Positions 36,613 through 39,168 of a DNA stretch of 39,168 nt are shown here, piece after piece. Position 1 is the first letter of the stretch. Each line of letters opens with the position of its first letter. This DNA is from a virus (lineage: Duplodnaviria; Caudoviricetes). The stretch is taken from IMG/VR virus record IMGVR_UViG_3300047561_001072, positions 1-39,168 of that record. The stretch is one strand, 5' to 3'. The position numbers and the translations under genes are program-made. Below the pieces are notes generated by a model. That model was given only the letters and a program-made list of their open reading frames with translations, searched no databases and was not told the origin of the DNA.

Positions 36613-37530
36613 TTATACTGTTTGTTTAGGATTAGGTTTAGTTGTTGCGGATGTAAAACCAGCTGCTACTTGAGCGGTTGTTGGATTTGATGCTTGTACC
36701 AATGCTACAGATTTACTTGCATTGTTGAGATCAGCCAAACTTGTTGGTGTAGTTGTAATACTCTTTTGAGAAGTGGTTAAAGTGGAGGCACCAGGAACAC
36801 TTTTAGCTGTTGCATTTAGTGCTGTAGTTGCCAATGCTGCGGTAGCTGCAACAGTACCAACAGTTTTAACTACCGAAGCAACCAATTGTGTACCAGCTTT
36901 TAATGTGTCTTTTGCTTGAGCAATCAATTCTTTCATACCTGGTTCATCTAAAGTTGGATTAGCGGCCGCATCTTCTGCGGCAGCTTCAGCCAAAGCATCT
37001 TTAAAAACTGAAGCTATTGCTGATATAACTTTTTTTAAACAACCAGCTAACAATTTAAGAAATTTAGCAGGTAAACTTAAAATCCATTGAACTGTTGCTA
37101 TTGCCCATTTAATATAACCAACAACATCTTTCATAAACTTTTGAATAGGTGTAATATACTCTTTAATAAAATTTCTTATTTCAGAAGCAATACTTTTTAA
37201 ATATTGAATAATTTGTGATATTACTCCACCACCATCACCTAAGCCTAAAAGTCTTTTAACGGCACGAATACCTTTTCGAACTGCTTGTGCAATTGCTTTA
37301 ATATATTTTTTAAGAGTTACACTTTTTTTAATGTCTTGTGAGAAATCACACATATGAGCCAAACTGTTGTTCATTTGGTTTAAAGTGGTATTTTTAACAA
37401 TCCCTCTGGCCGTTGATGGGGTGGTTGGAGCATTAACTTGTGTTGTGTCACCAGAGTTTACTGGAGTTACAGTACCTTCTACACCTAAAACTGGTGGGGC
37501 GGCTGGAGTTGTATCTATTTGATCTGCCAT
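36613..37530 (-). CDS. Helical protein at the position of the gp5 middle domain (305 aa)
   Basis: PTTPSTARG linker-like motif, then long Lys-rich amphipathic helices; no T4-lysozyme motif seen. Confidence 0.75.
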   Translation of the reverse strand: MADQIDTTPAAPPVLGVEGTVTPVNSGDTTQVNAPTTPSTARGIVKNTTLNQMNNSLAHMCDFSQDIKKSVTLKKYIKAIAQAVRKGIRAVKRLLGLGDGGGVISQIIQYLKSIASEIRNFIKEYITPIQKFMKDVVGYIKWAIATVQWILSLPAKFLKLLAGCLKKVISAIASVFKDALAEAAAEDAAANPTLDEPGMKELIAQAKDTLKAGTQLVASVVKTVGTVAATAALATTALNATAKSVPGASTLTTSQKSITTTPTSLADLNNASKSVALVQASNPTTAQVAAGFTSATTKPNPKQTV

Positions 37531-37532
37531 TT

Positions 37533-37757
37533 TTAATCCTTAATAGTATCAGCTAAACGAATTGCACCATCTAGTATTTCTCGATAATGACAATCTCTAT
37601 CACAATGATGTGGTTCGGTTACAATATCGGCATGTAATCTTAGTGGTTCAATTTTTTGTTTAAATTCTTTATCTGTAATCAATCCACCAGCAAGGTGTGC
37701 ATGGTGAATTTGAGATTCAGCAGCCATCATGTGTAAATCTAATAAATTTTGACTCAT
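37533..37757 (-). CDS. Small His/Cys-rich hypothetical protein (74 aa)
   Basis: ATGA overlap with the upstream gene and a 2-nt gap to the downstream gene; 8 His and 2 Cys. Confidence 0.7.
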   Translation of the reverse strand: MSQNLLDLHMMAAESQIHHAHLAGGLITDKEFKQKIEPLRLHADIVTEPHHCDRDCHYREILDGAIRLADTIKD

Positions 37758-38104
37758 TTTATATTACCCTCTTCATCATACTTATTTGTTGCTAGCGATG
37801 AATTTGCTGGCACTTTTTTAATTCCAGGTAAAACACCCATCATAATTGGAAATTGACCCGATTCACCATCCATAAAGAAGCCAACAATCCAATCTCCTAT
37901 TCTAGGAACTTGAAAAGACTTTGAATTATTTATTGGATACATTGGAAGAGCCCAAGGCAAATCTTCTGTAGGAATTGATTCTTTATTTTCTGAGTGCCAA
38001 CCAAAGATACGAATTTGACAACGGCCTAATCCTAGTGGATCTATTCTAGTTTCCACTTCACCAACCCACCAATTAAATCCATCTTTACCTAAAAAGTTTT
38101 TCAT
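37754..38104 (-). CDS. gp5: Stand-alone gp5 N-terminal OB-fold domain (116 aa)
   Basis: F.WWVGEVE.R.DPL.LGRC..RIFGWH......IPTEDLPWA.P......GDW..GFF.DGESGQ.P..MG.LPG. Confidence 0.9.
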   Translation of the reverse strand: MKNFLGKDGFNWWVGEVETRIDPLGLGRCQIRIFGWHSENKESIPTEDLPWALPMYPINNSKSFQVPRIGDWIVGFFMDGESGQFPIMMGVLPGIKKVPANSSLATNKYDEEGNIK

Positions 38105-39168
38105 TTAAATAAACCTGTAATATTATTCATTATATCAGTAAAACCAGAGAACTCTTTTGCTTCTGCACTATCACTATCACGTTTAACATAACTTGTTGTT
38201 GAACTATCTTTGGCCAATTCCAAAATGGTTTGATATGTACTTGGTGTTACAATTACATGCCTAACTGCTGTTACCAAATATTTACCAGAATAAAATTTAT
38301 CCAACTCTCTTATATTAGAAGATGGCTTTAAAGAATAAATGTCAAACTGTATTGTTCTACCAGCTGTAATGCCGGGATCACCAGGAATAGAGGCCTTGAT
38401 AACAGTATAATTAGCCAAAGCTAATTGTGCCGTTCTATTTGGAACATTATTCTCCATAAAAACATCTTTAACATCAACATCTGTATTTTTAATATATTCG
38501 TTATTCTGTTGGTTTGCGTTACCAACAACCATTTTTAAAGTACCTTCATAACTTTCAGTTTCCGTCTTACCAAATCTATTCTTTAATTTGTTGGTAACAT
38601 CACCCGGATTCAAAGAACTAGATTGATCTTTGTATTTACTGTAATTAAAATTTGTGACCTGATAAGTTCTTGTTATAGGGTCTAATGATATTAATTTGTT
38701 GGATAAAGTTCCAGAGTTAATTTCATTTACTATATCATAAGTTTTAACAATCTCATACTTTAAAATTGATGTGGTTTTATTTTGTAAACTTTGAATTTTA
38801 TCATCAATATTTTTTGCATCATATCTATAAGTTGCATAGACATTACCTTTATACATTGATTGTAATGATCTAAAATTAAAACCATTCTTAGTTTCAAAAA
38901 ATAACATATCAGCACCAACAGTACCAGTTGATTGTGGTCTTGCATAATTTGACAACCAACTAATTGCTTCAAATGGTTTTACTTTAGGCATTACCAAATT
39001 AGTAATACCAGTTGTTTCTTCAATAATTTCAATTTTATCATATGGCACTTTTAATTTTTCTGTTAATATATCTCGAACATTGTCGGATATTTTTGTACCT
39101 TTATAAGAATATGACACCTTAATCTGTTCAGACAAAAGAAGTTCTTCGGAACAAAAGTATAATGTATA
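38101..39168 (-). CDS. Baseplate hub protein (gp27-like), partial: N-terminus beyond the right edge
   Basis: Frame stays open to the edge (YTLYFCSEELLLSEQIK...), so the track's 39135 start is internal; FFET..GFNFRSL, IPGD....AG..I and SGKYLVTAVRH motifs; directly upstream of gp5. Confidence 0.75.
   Translation of the reverse strand, partial: YTLYFCSEELLLSEQIKVSYSYKGTKISDNVRDILTEKLKVPYDKIEIIEETTGITNLVMPKVKPFEAISWLSNYARPQSTGTVGADMLFFETKNGFNFRSLQSMYKGNVYATYRYDAKNIDDKIQSLQNKTTSILKYEIVKTYDIVNEINSGTLSNKLISLDPITRTYQVTNFNYSKYKDQSSSLNPGDVTNKLKNRFGKTETESYEGTLKMVVGNANQQNNEYIKNTDVDVKDVFMENNVPNRTAQLALANYTVIKASIPGDPGITAGRTIQFDIYSLKPSSNIRELDKFYSGKYLVTAVRHVIVTPSTYQTILELAKDSSTTSYVKRDSDSAEAKEFSGFTDIMNNITGLFK

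Noticed and set aside
35732-38104. Stop-codon reassignment, intron or pseudogenisation as the cause of the split gp5
   Set aside because: All three stop codons end normal genes in this window, no intron or homing-endonuclease features are seen, and each piece has a clean coupled ATG start
1-39168. tRNA, rRNA, canonical rho-independent terminators, integrase or transposase, and host assignment
   Set aside because: None recognisable by eye; intergenic gaps are too short for RNA genes except 18090-18180, which is not a cloverleaf; structural genes alone do not identify the host

Overview
Part of a T4-like (Tevenvirinae/Kyanoviridae-style) myophage virion morphogenesis region. Every credible gene is on the minus strand, tightly packed, and TAA, TAG and TGA all serve as stops (standard code 11). 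In transcription order (right to left): a baseplate hub gene cut by the window edge; a tail-spike (gp5) locus split over separate ORFs; gp25, gp6, gp7-like and gp8 wedge genes; a 2325-aa DUF4815/VrlC-like structural protein; and about 21 kb of fibre/appendage genes, four of them with Thr-rich collagen G-X-Y repeats. One of those four (<1..2307) is missing from the ORF track because its stop lies outside the window. The best candidate for an undescribed system is a four-gene cassette inside the fibre cluster: two tandem paralogous structural-looking proteins, a Cys-rich peptidase-U32-family (Fe-S hydroxylase-like) enzyme and an unknown partner, with a structured intergenic element between the paralogues. 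It may modify virion proteins post-translationally. Other points of interest: the lysozyme-less split gp5 with an HxH tip, type-1 copper-site domains on two fibres, nested domain insertions, and non-ATG starts on five fibre genes. All family calls come from motif recognition by eye; no database searches were run.
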